Origin: an uncultured delta proteobacterium
GTDB lineage: Bacteria; Myxococcota_A; Polyangia; Polyangiales; Polyangiaceae
Reading direction: 5' to 3'
Length of the DNA stretch: 64,000 nucleotides
Assembly (NCBI GenBank): GCA_963716725.1
Contig: CAVQUB010000032.1
Coordinates: 1-64,000, forward strand
Made by a program: the position numbers and the translations under genes. This document shows, in pieces, positions 33,040-42,402 of this stretch (the first letter of the stretch is position 1; the number at the start of each line of letters is the position of its first letter). The notes under the pieces were generated by a model that saw nothing but the letters and a program-made list of their open reading frames with translations, did no database searches and was not told the DNA's origin.

Positions 33040-33975
33040 ATGGACTATTCGTTCCGTCGCGACGAGACCAGCGCAGACGCGGCCCGCCGCATCGCCAGCG
33101 AACAGCTCGAAGGAGCGCTGAGCGAACTTTGCGCGACGACCGAGGTCGACAAGAGCGTCCACGGCGTGCGCAAACGCCTGAAGAAGCTGCGCGGGCTCTT
33201 GCAGCTCTTGGAGGGCGCGCTGGGCCGGCGGGTCGTCGCGCGCGAGAACCGCTGCTACCGCGATGCGGCTCGCGCTCTCGCGGGCGCGCGCCGTGCGGCG
33301 GCCATCGTGGCCGCCTTCGATGCCTTGATGAAGCGTTGCCCGGACGCGATCCCGGCCGAAGCGCGCGCCGAGTTGCGCGGCGGCCTGATCGCCGAACGCG
33401 ACCGCCTCGTCGCACTGATGCAGGGGGGGAGCCAAGTTCCAGACGTCACCGCTGCGCTCCGCGCTTCCGTCGCTCGGCTCGAATCGTGGCCCCTCGAGGT
33501 CGAGGGCTGGCAGGTGCTCCGGAGCGGCTTCCGCAGGAGCTACGCCCGCGGTCGCCGCGCGCTCAAGGTGGCCATGCGCGAGCCGACCACCGAGAACCTC
33601 CACGAGTGGCGCAAGTTCGCGAAGCACTACTGGTATCATGTGCGGCTGCTGGCACGCCTGTGGCCCGAGGCCATGAAGGTCCACGAGGCCGCGCTCGAGC
33701 GGCTCGGAGACGATCTCGGTGACGAACACGACCTGGACGACCTGCGACTGTCGCTCATCGCGCACATGCCGCCCGAGCAGCTGCGCGAGGCCACCGGTCG
33801 AGTGCTCGCGGCCATCGAGGCGCGGCGCGACGAGCTGCGGGCGAGCGCCTTCGCCCGAGGCAGGTACCTGTACGCGGAGCGTCCGCGAGCGGCGACGGAG
33901 CGCGTCGGGGCGTATCACGCCGCCTGGCTGGCGCGGTCGCCCGGGCCGGGGGACGACGCTGACCGGGACGGCTGA
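33040..33975 (+). CDS. CHAD domain protein (polyphosphate-binding family)
   Basis: VHGVRKRLKKLRGLL, LHEWRKFAKHYWY, LGDDLGDEHD. Confidence 0.9.
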   Translation: MDYSFRRDETSADAARRIASEQLEGALSELCATTEVDKSVHGVRKRLKKLRGLLQLLEGALGRRVVARENRCYRDAARALAGARRAAAIVAAFDALMKRCPDAIPAEARAELRGGLIAERDRLVALMQGGSQVPDVTAALRASVARLESWPLEVEGWQVLRSGFRRSYARGRRALKVAMREPTTENLHEWRKFAKHYWYHVRLLARLWPEAMKVHEAALERLGDDLGDEHDLDDLRLSLIAHMPPEQLREATGRVLAAIEARRDELRASAFARGRYLYAERPRAATERVGAYHAAWLARSPGPGDDADRDG

Positions 33976-33980
33976 AGATC

Positions 33981-35006
33981 TCAGCCGGGGAGCCGCGCGA
34001 TCACCGCGTCGGTGAAGGCGTCGGTGCCGAGTTGCCCGCCGAGGTCTCGGGTCTTTTGGTTCTCCTCGAGCGCGCGGTCGTAGGCGACCTTGATGCGCGC
34101 GCCCGCAGTGCGACAGGCTTCGTCGTGGCGGGTCTCGGCCAGGTGGTTGAGCATCATCACCGCGCTCATCAGCAGCGCCAGCGGGTTGGCCACGCCCTGG
34201 CCGGCGATGTCCGGCGCGGAGCCGTGCACCGCCTCGAATACGGCGTCGTCTTCGCCGATGTTGGCACCGGGAGAGACCCCGAGGCCTCCGACCAGGCCGG
34301 CGCACAGATCCGAGACGATGTCGCCGTACAGGTTTTCGCACATGATGATGTCGAACTGCTTCGGGTTCTGGACCAAGCGCATGTGGCCCGCGTCGACGAT
34401 CACCTCGGAGTACTCGATGTTCGGGTAGTCGCGCTCGTGGACCTTGCGGGCCTCGTCCAGCAGCATGCCATCCGACATCTTCATGATGTTCGCCTTGTGG
34501 AAGACGGTGATCTTGCGTCGTCGTCGGTGCGTTGCGTAACGGAAGGCCCAGTGCGAGATGCGGTGGCAAGCGCCGCGGGTGGCCACCTTCATGCTCACGA
34601 CCACGCCGTCGGTGATCAAGTTCTCGATTCCGCTGTAGAGCCCCTCGGTGTTCTCTCGAATCACGACCAGATCCACGTCTTCGTAGCGGGTCTTCACCCC
34701 CGGGAGGCTGCGGAAGGGGCGCACGGCGGCGTACAGGTTCAGCGTCTTCCGGAGCGCGACGTTGACCGAGGAAAACCCGCGACCGACCGGCGTGGTGCAG
34801 GGCCCCTTGAGCGCGACGTGGTGCTCGCGGATCGCCGCCACGGTCTCGCTCGGCAGGACGTCGTCGAGCCCGCGCTCCAGGGCCCCTTCGCCGGCGTGCC
34901 GCTCGACGAACCCGATGGGAGCGCCGGCGGCGGCCAGAACCTTGCGGACCGCGGCGCTGACCTCGGGTCCGATACCATCACCTGGAATGAGCACGACGGT
35001 GTGCAT
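33981..35006 (-). CDS. Isocitrate/isopropylmalate dehydrogenase family (NAD-IDH-like)
   Basis: IPGDGIGPEV, SVNVALRK, RENTEGLYSG, HKANIMK, NLYGDIVSD, EAVHGSAPDIAG. Confidence 0.92.
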   Translation of the reverse strand: MHTVVLIPGDGIGPEVSAAVRKVLAAAGAPIGFVERHAGEGALERGLDDVLPSETVAAIREHHVALKGPCTTPVGRGFSSVNVALRKTLNLYAAVRPFRSLPGVKTRYEDVDLVVIRENTEGLYSGIENLITDGVVVSMKVATRGACHRISHWAFRYATHRRRRKITVFHKANIMKMSDGMLLDEARKVHERDYPNIEYSEVIVDAGHMRLVQNPKQFDIIMCENLYGDIVSDLCAGLVGGLGVSPGANIGEDDAVFEAVHGSAPDIAGQGVANPLALLMSAVMMLNHLAETRHDEACRTAGARIKVAYDRALEENQKTRDLGGQLGTDAFTDAVIARLPG

Positions 35007-35125
35007 GACTCGGGGTCATACCCCGGGGGGCGCTCGGTCGGAACCCCGTGGCGATCGCCAGGCCTCGCCGCGGCGACCGCCGCGCCGCCGCGCACGCCTG
35101 CCGGACAAACCTCGGGTTCTGGCCC

Positions 35126-35141
35126 TGGCACGAAGGCTGCT
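35126..35141 (+). promoter_or_regulatory. Putative sigma54 (-24/-12) promoter of comM-recA-ssb
   Basis: TGGCACGAAGGCTGCT, with GG and GC separated by exactly 10 nt. Confidence 0.65.
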
Positions 35142-35152
35142 GAAGGGCTGGC

Positions 35153-36736
35153 GTGGCCCGCTCGCACGACTCGACCCTCACGCTCCCCGACCGAACGCTC
35201 GGCGCGGCCACCGCGCACACCAGCGTGCTCGTGGGGCTCGAGGCGAACCCCATCGCGGTCGAGGTCACTTGTTCGCGGGGTCCGGCGTTCTTCCAGCTGG
35301 TCGGGCTGGCCGAGGCCGCGGTGCGAGAAGCGCGCGTCCGCGTCGCCTCGGCGCTGTCGCGGCTCGGAGTCCTACTCGGCGAGTACGCCATCACGGTCAA
35401 CCTCGCGCCGGCCGATCTGAAGAAGCGCGGAGCCGGCCTCGACGTCGCGATCGCGCTGGCCTTGCTCGGCGCGCTCGGTCGGCTGCCCGCGGCTGCCTTC
35501 GACGGCGTGCTCGTGCTCGGGGAGCTCGGGCTCGACGGCAGCTTGCGCCCGGTGAGAGGTGTGCTGCCGCAGCTGATCGGCGCCCGCGCTCGGGGTGTGC
35601 GTCGGGCCATTGTGCCTGCCGCAAACGCCCGCGAAGCAGGGCTGGTGGCCGACGTGCAGGTGTTCATCGCCAGCTCGCTCGAGAGCGTCGTGTCGCACCT
35701 CATCGGCCAGGCCCCACTCGAAGCCGCGCAGCCCACGGCGCTCGTCTCCGCCGCTGAGGTGCCCAGCGACCTCGATCTGCGACACGTGCGCGGACAGTCG
35801 GGCGCGAAGCGTGCCCTCGAGATCGCCGCAGCGGGCGCCCACAACCTGTTGATGATCGGCCCGCCCGGAGGCGGCAAGACCCTGCTTGCGCGCCTGCTCC
35901 CGGGCTTGCTTCCACCCCTGGAGGTCGACGAAGCCATCGAGACGACGGCGATCCACAGCGTCGCCGGCCTGGTGGATCCGGCCGTGGGCGTGGTGCAGTG
36001 CCGGCCCTTCCGTGCGCCACACCACTCGGTGAGCGATGCGGGGCTGGTGGGCGGTGGGGAGCATCCTCGCCCGGGCGAGGTGAGCCTCGCTCACCACGGC
36101 GTGCTGTTCCTCGACGAGCTCGCCGAGTTCCGGCGCAGCGCGCTGGAAGCGCTGCGGCAGCCCCTCGAGGACGGCGTGGTGTGTATTTCGCGCGTCCGAG
36201 CCCGCGCTTGGTTCCCGGCGCGCCCAATGCTCGTCGCCGCCGTGAACCCCTGCCCGTGCGGTTACCGCGGGCACTCTCGCCGCCCCTGCCTCTGCTCGCA
36301 GCAGCAAGCAACGCGCTACCTGGCGCGCCTCTCGGGACCCTTGCTCGATCGCATCGATCTGCACGTCTCGGTGCCGCCGGTCGACCCCATCGCGCTCAGC
36401 TCGCCCACGCTGGCCGAGTCCTCTGCCTCGGTGAGACTCCGCGTGCTGGCGGCCCGGGAACGCGCTCGCCAGCGCGCCCGCACGCTGGGGCTCAGCGCCA
36501 CGGTCAACGCCTCGCTCTCCGACGCGGAGCTCGACCGGGTCGTGGTCCTCGACGCCGAGAGCCGCGCGTTCCTCGAGCACGCCGTGACCACGCTGGGGCT
36601 GAGCGCCCGCGCCTTCACGCGCATCCGCCGGGTGGCGCGCAGCATCGCGGACCTCGAGGGCGACCGCGAGGTGAGGGCCGCCCACGTGGCCGAGGCCATC
36701 CAGGGGCGGCTCGTCGACAAGACCCTGTCGGCCTGA
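35153..36736 (+). CDS. comM: ComM/YifB Mg-chelatase-like AAA+ ATPase
   Basis: TVNLAPADLKK, GELGLDG, GPPGGGKT, PFRAPHH, GEVSLAHHGVLFLDE, NPCPCG, SGPLLDRID, LSARA. Confidence 0.93.
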   Translation: MARSHDSTLTLPDRTLGAATAHTSVLVGLEANPIAVEVTCSRGPAFFQLVGLAEAAVREARVRVASALSRLGVLLGEYAITVNLAPADLKKRGAGLDVAIALALLGALGRLPAAAFDGVLVLGELGLDGSLRPVRGVLPQLIGARARGVRRAIVPAANAREAGLVADVQVFIASSLESVVSHLIGQAPLEAAQPTALVSAAEVPSDLDLRHVRGQSGAKRALEIAAAGAHNLLMIGPPGGGKTLLARLLPGLLPPLEVDEAIETTAIHSVAGLVDPAVGVVQCRPFRAPHHSVSDAGLVGGGEHPRPGEVSLAHHGVLFLDELAEFRRSALEALRQPLEDGVVCISRVRARAWFPARPMLVAAVNPCPCGYRGHSRRPCLCSQQQATRYLARLSGPLLDRIDLHVSVPPVDPIALSSPTLAESSASVRLRVLAARERARQRARTLGLSATVNASLSDAELDRVVVLDAESRAFLEHAVTTLGLSARAFTRIRRVARSIADLEGDREVRAAHVAEAIQGRLVDKTLSA

Positions 36737-36752
36737 GCGACACGAATAGGAG

Positions 36753-37787
36753 ATGAACATGAACGACAAGAACAAGAACCGAGACCACGTCGTGCGCGAG
36801 GTGGTCGATCAAATCGAGAAGGCTCACGGCAAGGGCGCCATCATGCGCTTGGATAGCGAGGCCGGCACCTGTCCGGTCCCCGTCATTCCCAGCGGCGCGC
36901 TGGCCATCGACCAGGCGCTGGGCGTCGGCGGGTACCCCCGCGGCCGCATCGTCGAGGTCTTCGGACCCGAGTCGAGCGGCAAGACGACGCTCTCGCTGCA
37001 CGCCATCGCCGAGGTGCAGAAGTTGGGCGGCGTGGCGGCCTTCATCGACGCCGAGCACGCCTTCGACATGCGCTACGCCAAGGCCATCGGCATCGACCTC
37101 GGCAAGCTCTTGGTGTCACAGCCCGACTCCGGGGAGCAAGCGCTGGACATCGCGGAGGCCCTCACGCGCTCGGGTGCCGTCGACCTGGTGGTGATCGACT
37201 CGGTGGCGGCCCTGACGCCCCGCGCGGAAATCCAAGGGGATATGGGCGACGCGCACATGGGTCTGCAGGCCCGTCTGATGAGCCAGGCGCTGCGCAAACT
37301 CACGGCCATCACCCACAAATCCGGCACCACTTTGCTCTTCATCAACCAGCTCAGGCAGAAGATCGGCGTCGTCTTTGGCAACCCCGAGACGACGCCGGGC
37401 GGCACGGCCCTGAAATTCTATTCGAGCGTGCGCCTCGACGTGCGCCGCATCGGCAAGGTCGAGGCGGGGGACGCCGTAGTTGGCAACCGCACTCGCGTGC
37501 GCGTGGTCAAGAACAAGGTCGCGCCGCCCTTCGCCGAGGCGGAGTTCGACGTGCGCTGGGGCATCGGCATCGACACGGCGACGGATCTGCTCGACAGCGC
37601 CTTGCGTGTGGGCGCCCTCGAGCGGAATGGCTCGCACATCGTGCTCGACGGCAAGAGCATCGGGCAAGGGCGCGAGAAGGCGCGCGAAGCGTTGCTGGCA
37701 AACCCGGAGCTGCGTGGCGCCCTCGAACTCGCCACGCGCGGGCGCTCGCCGGCGCTGGCAGCGCGCATCCAGAAACGGGCGGCATGA
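36753..37787 (+). CDS. recA: Recombinase RecA
   Basis: [58 protein letters not shown]. Confidence 0.97.
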   Translation: MNMNDKNKNRDHVVREVVDQIEKAHGKGAIMRLDSEAGTCPVPVIPSGALAIDQALGVGGYPRGRIVEVFGPESSGKTTLSLHAIAEVQKLGGVAAFIDAEHAFDMRYAKAIGIDLGKLLVSQPDSGEQALDIAEALTRSGAVDLVVIDSVAALTPRAEIQGDMGDAHMGLQARLMSQALRKLTAITHKSGTTLLFINQLRQKIGVVFGNPETTPGGTALKFYSSVRLDVRRIGKVEAGDAVVGNRTRVRVVKNKVAPPFAEAEFDVRWGIGIDTATDLLDSALRVGALERNGSHIVLDGKSIGQGREKAREALLANPELRGALELATRGRSPALAARIQKRAA

Positions 37788-37835
37788 GCCGACCCGCGGT
37801 CAGAATAGAAGAAAGAAAGCGAAAGGAATGAAGTC

Positions 37836-38252
37836 ATGAGCGATGGAATCAATCAGGTCATTTTGATGGGCAACCTCGGCGCGGAACCCGAGCTGAAGAA
37901 CCTGCCGTCGGGGGCGAACTTGCTGCGCTTCCGGATGGCGACGGACGAGAGCTTCTTGGACAAGAACAAGGAGCGGCAGACCCGCACCGAGTGGCACGAC
38001 GTCGTGCTCTGGGGAAACCGCGCGGAGCCGCTGTCGAGGTTCTTGTCGAAGGGCTCCCGCGTGCTGGTCGAGGGCACGCTCCGAACGTCCAGCTACGAGA
38101 AAGAGGGCGTGAAGCGCAAGCACACGGAGATCACGGCGCGGGACCTGCACCTGATCGGCACGCGACGTCCGTCGAGCGATCCCAGCGAGGGCAGCTGGCT
38201 CGCCGACACCGAGCCGGTGGCTCAGGCGCTCGACAGCGCGGTCGGGTACTGA
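37836..38252 (+). CDS. ssb: Single-stranded DNA-binding protein lacking the acidic -DIPF tail
   Basis: NQVILMGNLG, RTEWH, KGSRVLVEG; ends ...ALDSAVGY at 138 aa. Confidence 0.92.
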   Translation: MSDGINQVILMGNLGAEPELKNLPSGANLLRFRMATDESFLDKNKERQTRTEWHDVVLWGNRAEPLSRFLSKGSRVLVEGTLRTSSYEKEGVKRKHTEITARDLHLIGTRRPSSDPSEGSWLADTEPVAQALDSAVGY

Positions 38253-38292
38253 AGGCACTCGCCGCTGGGCGAGCCCGCGCCTGCCTCGTCCA

Positions 38293-38339
38293 CCCCCTCG
38301 CGTCCGCCCGCGGTCGCTCCGCGCGCGAACGCGAGGGGG
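38293..38339 (+). terminator. Inverted repeat downstream of ssb
   Basis: CCCCCTCGCGT (38293-38303) / ACGCGAGGGGG (38329-38339); no U-tract. Confidence 0.45.
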
Positions 38340-38388
38340 AACTTGGCGACGCGCCCGTCTGCCACGATCTCGGCTAGAGTGCCCGGCG

Positions 38389-38862
38389 ATGAGCACCGGC
38401 GAAGGTCCGAAGGCCCAGCAACTCGAGCTCTACGACCAGGGCTTCACGCAGGCCGTACCCCACAACCGGGCGCTCGGGCTCCGCTTCATCGACTTCGCTG
38501 ACGGGGAGGCCACCATGCTCTTGCCCTTCGCCGAGCACTTGGTCGGAAATCCCGAGACCGGCGTCTTGCACGGAGGCGCGATCACTTCGCTGCTCGACGC
38601 GACCTGCGGCGCTGCCGTCTTCATGAAGCTCCAATCGCCGGAGCCGATCGCTACCCTCGACTTGCGCATCGACTACCTGAAGCGCGGCGAGCCCCGCCGA
38701 GACGTGCGCTGCAAGGCCCAGTGTTACAAAGTCACGCGGCACGTCGCCTTCGTGCGAGGCACCGCCTACCACGACGACGAGAGTGATCCCATCGCCGCGG
38801 CTGCGGGCAGCTTCATCATCCAGGGCCGCGGCCCCGCCATTGTCGGCAGGAGCACGCCGTGA
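38389..38862 (+). CDS. PaaI-family thioesterase
   Basis: GVLHGGAITSLLDATCG, ATLDLRIDYL. Confidence 0.9.
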   Translation: MSTGEGPKAQQLELYDQGFTQAVPHNRALGLRFIDFADGEATMLLPFAEHLVGNPETGVLHGGAITSLLDATCGAAVFMKLQSPEPIATLDLRIDYLKRGEPRRDVRCKAQCYKVTRHVAFVRGTAYHDDESDPIAAAAGSFIIQGRGPAIVGRSTP

Positions 38863-39338
38863 GCGAGCTCGTGCGACGAATCGCCGAAGCCAAGGCCACG
38901 GGCGACTACCGCGCGCTGCTCGATCTCATTCCTTACGCGAACTGGCTCGGTATCGACGCCGCGCTCATCGACGGTGAGCTGGTGGGCAAGCTGCGCTTCG
39001 CTCCTGAGCTGATCGGTAATCCGGCGTTGCCCGCGCTCCACGGTGGCACCATCGGGGCGCTGATCGAGTCCACCGCCATCTTTCGGCTGTTCTGGGACGC
39101 GGAGACGGTGGTGATCCCCAAGACCATCAACCTCACCGTGGCGTACCTGCGCTCGGGCCGCCCGGTCGACACTTATGCGTTGGCGCGCATGACCAAACAC
39201 GGCCGGCGCGTCGCGAGCGCTTGGGTGGAGGTGTGGCAGGAAGACCGCCAGCGCCTGATCGCGACCGGCACAGTGAACCTGCTGATCGAGCCGCTCCGGA
39301 CGGAAACGCCCGAGGCGTCGCCCCCTGCTGACCGCTGA
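38859..39338 (+). CDS. PaaI-family thioesterase (second of a coupled pair)
   Basis: GNPALPALHGGTIGALIES, PKTINLTVAYLR; GTGA overlap. Confidence 0.9.
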   Translation: MSELVRRIAEAKATGDYRALLDLIPYANWLGIDAALIDGELVGKLRFAPELIGNPALPALHGGTIGALIESTAIFRLFWDAETVVIPKTINLTVAYLRSGRPVDTYALARMTKHGRRVASAWVEVWQEDRQRLIATGTVNLLIEPLRTETPEASPPADR

Positions 39339-39347
39339 TCGCCCGAG

Positions 39348-40832
39348 TCAGCACAGCCGACCGCGGGCGCGCGGCAGGAGCCCGTTCACGGTGTCTTGCA
39401 CGACCCGATCCGCGGCCTCTTCACCACTGACAGCGGCGAGTTCGGTACCGACCCCGCGTCCGCCCGCGCCGCAGCCCGCGGCGTACAGACCGCGGACCGG
39501 CGTGTGCACCGGGGGCCGGCGGTTCCCGACCTGGTCCGGCGTTTGACCCGTGGTCACTGCGGCTCCGGATGCCTTCCCGGTCCAGTTTTCCACGGCCTGT
39601 GTGGTGAACGTGTCGACCCACATGAGTTCGTCGTCGAGGCCTGGGATCAGCGCACGCAGAGTACTGAGCAGATTCTCGGTCCAGCGCTTGGGTGCGTCTT
39701 CGAGCGCGATGCCCGTCGTCGGAGCGACGGCGCAAGCCGTGATGAGCTGGGCTGATCCAGGCGCGAGCGTGGGATCGAAGTTGGTCGGCACAGGCGCATA
39801 GATGGGCGTGATCGGCGCCAGGCGACCCTGGCGCACGTGCTCGTACATCGCGTCCAGATCGTGGAGTCCGACGTCCGACAGCGAAAGGCCCGGGGCGTGG
39901 GCGCCCACCAGCGCGCCCGCTTTCACCAGCGGGCGACGCAGCGCGACCTTGGCCTGGACCGCCACCATCGAGCCGCTGAGCCCGCGCACGCGCTCGACGT
40001 AGTCTGGTGGAAACGCGCCAGCGCCCACCAGTCCGACCAGATCCGCCAGACTACTCGTCGAGATCACGGCCGGGGCCTCGTAGCTGCTGCCGTCGCTGCA
40101 CACCACCGAGTGCACTGAGCCGAGGCGAACCTCGATGCCGGTCACGCGCTTTCGTGTCAGCACTTCGGCGCCGTGGGCGCGGGCGGCAGTCAAGAACGAC
40201 GAGGGCACCGCAAACGCGCCCCCCTTCGGATACGACAGGCCGTGCTCACGCACCATGCGCTTGAAGCACCAGATGCCTTCGCCCGCGCTCACCTGGTCCA
40301 GCGGCAAGATGAAATAAAGGCCGAGCAAGAAGCCGAAGAGCCCGACCAGGCGCGGGTTCTCGGTGTAGCGCGTGACGAAGTCCCACATCGTCACCCGGTC
40401 CACCTCGGGCAAGCGCGCCTCGTCGAAGCGGGTGATGTCGTGCAGGAAGCGCGCAGCGTCGCGCACGTCCCGCGGCGACAGCTCCAGCTGCCGGATGGTG
40501 GACGCTACGAAGGCGGGCAGTCGCCACTTGTCGCGGGGCACGTCGATGGCGCCACCGAAGCCGACGACCCGGGCGAGATCGCGGGTCTGCACGAACTCGA
40601 TGGTCGGGCCGCCCACGCGTCGCGCCAAACGCGCCAGAGGTCCGCGGGCGCCGCGCGAGAACATGTGCGTGCCGATGTCGACGCGGAATCCGCGCTTTTC
40701 GTAGTAGGAGCACACTCCGCCGGTGCGGTTGTTCTTCTCGAGCAAGAGCGTGCGGAACCCCTCCCGCGCGAGAACGGCGGCCGCAACGCTGCCGCCAATC
40801 CCGGACCCGACCACGATGGCGTCGTAGCTCAC
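39348..40832 (-). CDS. FAD-dependent oxidoreductase, phytoene desaturase family
   Basis: YDAIVVGSGIGG, LLEKN..GG, DIGTH, YPKGG, TPVRGLYAAG. Confidence 0.85.
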   Translation of the reverse strand: MSYDAIVVGSGIGGSVAAAVLAREGFRTLLLEKNNRTGGVCSYYEKRGFRVDIGTHMFSRGARGPLARLARRVGGPTIEFVQTRDLARVVGFGGAIDVPRDKWRLPAFVASTIRQLELSPRDVRDAARFLHDITRFDEARLPEVDRVTMWDFVTRYTENPRLVGLFGFLLGLYFILPLDQVSAGEGIWCFKRMVREHGLSYPKGGAFAVPSSFLTAARAHGAEVLTRKRVTGIEVRLGSVHSVVCSDGSSYEAPAVISTSSLADLVGLVGAGAFPPDYVERVRGLSGSMVAVQAKVALRRPLVKAGALVGAHAPGLSLSDVGLHDLDAMYEHVRQGRLAPITPIYAPVPTNFDPTLAPGSAQLITACAVAPTTGIALEDAPKRWTENLLSTLRALIPGLDDELMWVDTFTTQAVENWTGKASGAAVTTGQTPDQVGNRRPPVHTPVRGLYAAGCGAGGRGVGTELAAVSGEEAADRVVQDTVNGLLPRARGRLC

Positions 40833-41160
40833 CTTCAGGCGAGCGTGCGCCGCTCGAAGCGCGGGAGCAAGCGATCGAGCTGGAGCGAGCTGCTCCTGAT
40901 GTCGGTGCGCACCGGATGCTGCCGCACGTGCGCCGGTGGTGTGCACCGCGAACCCGCGCCGCGAGCTTCGACCCGATCCGGCGCCAGCAGTCCTCCGCGG
41001 CGACCGCGGGCACCGCCCGGGTGCCCACATTCTCGCCGGCCCGCTGAAAATCCGGTGAAATCGTCTGGGACCCCTTGCCGAGCCGAGCCCCAAACGCTAA
41101 CCCCGTGGCGTTCCGGCTGGATTTGCACTCCGGCGGAGCACTCCCGTCTCGCAGCCAACC

Positions 41161-42402
41161 ATGAGCGGCATTGCCCAAAAGCTTCTCCGCGCGCTCTTGC
41201 CTATCTTGGTGCTCGGCGTCGGGGTCGCCGTGCTCGCGGCGTTCATCGCGACACGACCGAAGCCCATCAAGAAACCCCGGGACGAGCGCGGCGCGCTGGT
41301 GGAGGTGGTGAGCGTGCAGCCGGTGCGGCAGCGGCTCCGTGTTTCCGAGTTCGGAAGTGTGATTCCAGCGGAGCAGGTGGTCGTGCAGCCGGAGGTTTCT
41401 GGTCGCGTCGTCTGGCAGCACGACGAGCTGGTGCCCGGCGGTAGGTTCAAGAAGGGCGAGACGCTGCTCCGCCTCGACGGCCGGGACTACCGCCTCGCGG
41501 AGCGGCAGGCTGGGGCGACCGTCGATCGCGCGGAGCTCGAGCTCAAAGTCGAAAAGGCGCGGGGCGAAGTGGCCAAGGCCGAGTGGGATGTGATCGATCG
41601 GGGCAAGCGTGCCAGCGACGAGGGACGCGCGCTGGGGCTGCGCGAGCCGCAGCTGCAGGCTGCCCGAGCCGGGCTCGACGCGGCGAGGGGCACACGTGCA
41701 CAAGCCAAGCTCGCGAGCTCCAAGACCGTGCTCCGGGCCCCCTTCAACGGATTCGTCAAGATTGAAGCCGTGGACGTGGGCCAGCTCGTGACGCCGCAGA
41801 TGCCGTTGGCGACGCTGGTCGGAAGCGATCGCTTCTGGGTGCAGGTCTCCGTTCCGGTGGATCGACTCACTGCGGTCGACGTTCCGGGCATGAACGCCGA
41901 CGAAGGCAAGGGCGCCGTCGCGGTCATCGCCCAAGACGTCGGCGGACAACGCATTGAGCGAACGGGACGAGTCCTGCGGCTCTTGGGTGATCTGGATCCG
42001 GTGGGCCGCATGGCGCGCCTGCTCGTGGAGATCGACGACCCGCTGGGCCTTGCGGCGCCGCCGAAGCCTGGCTCCAAGCAGACCCCCGCACGACCCGGGT
42101 TGCCGCTGCTCCTGGGCGCCTTCGTCGAAGTCGCCATCGAGGCCCGGGAGCTGGGTGAGGTCATCGAGCTCCCGAGGTTGGCGCTCCGCGACGGAAGCGG
42201 CGTCTACGTCTACGGGCCCGACAGCCGCCTCGTCGTCCGCGACGTCAAGATCGCGTGGCGCACCGAGAAGACCGTCCTGATCCGCGAGGGCGTGACGGCC
42301 GGCGAAGAGGTGATCGTCAGCCGCCTGCCGAGCGCGGTTCCAGGCATGCTGCTGCGCAAGCCGGCGGCGCCCGACAAGCCCGCTCAGCTGGGACAGCGAT
42401 GA
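41161..42402 (+). CDS. RND efflux periplasmic adaptor (MFP)
   Basis: N-terminal TM; VVVQPEVSGRV; coiled coil; LRAPFNG; LLLGAFVEV. Confidence 0.92.
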   Translation: MSGIAQKLLRALLPILVLGVGVAVLAAFIATRPKPIKKPRDERGALVEVVSVQPVRQRLRVSEFGSVIPAEQVVVQPEVSGRVVWQHDELVPGGRFKKGETLLRLDGRDYRLAERQAGATVDRAELELKVEKARGEVAKAEWDVIDRGKRASDEGRALGLREPQLQAARAGLDAARGTRAQAKLASSKTVLRAPFNGFVKIEAVDVGQLVTPQMPLATLVGSDRFWVQVSVPVDRLTAVDVPGMNADEGKGAVAVIAQDVGGQRIERTGRVLRLLGDLDPVGRMARLLVEIDDPLGLAAPPKPGSKQTPARPGLPLLLGAFVEVAIEARELGEVIELPRLALRDGSGVYVYGPDSRLVVRDVKIAWRTEKTVLIREGVTAGEEVIVSRLPSAVPGMLLRKPAAPDKPAQLGQR

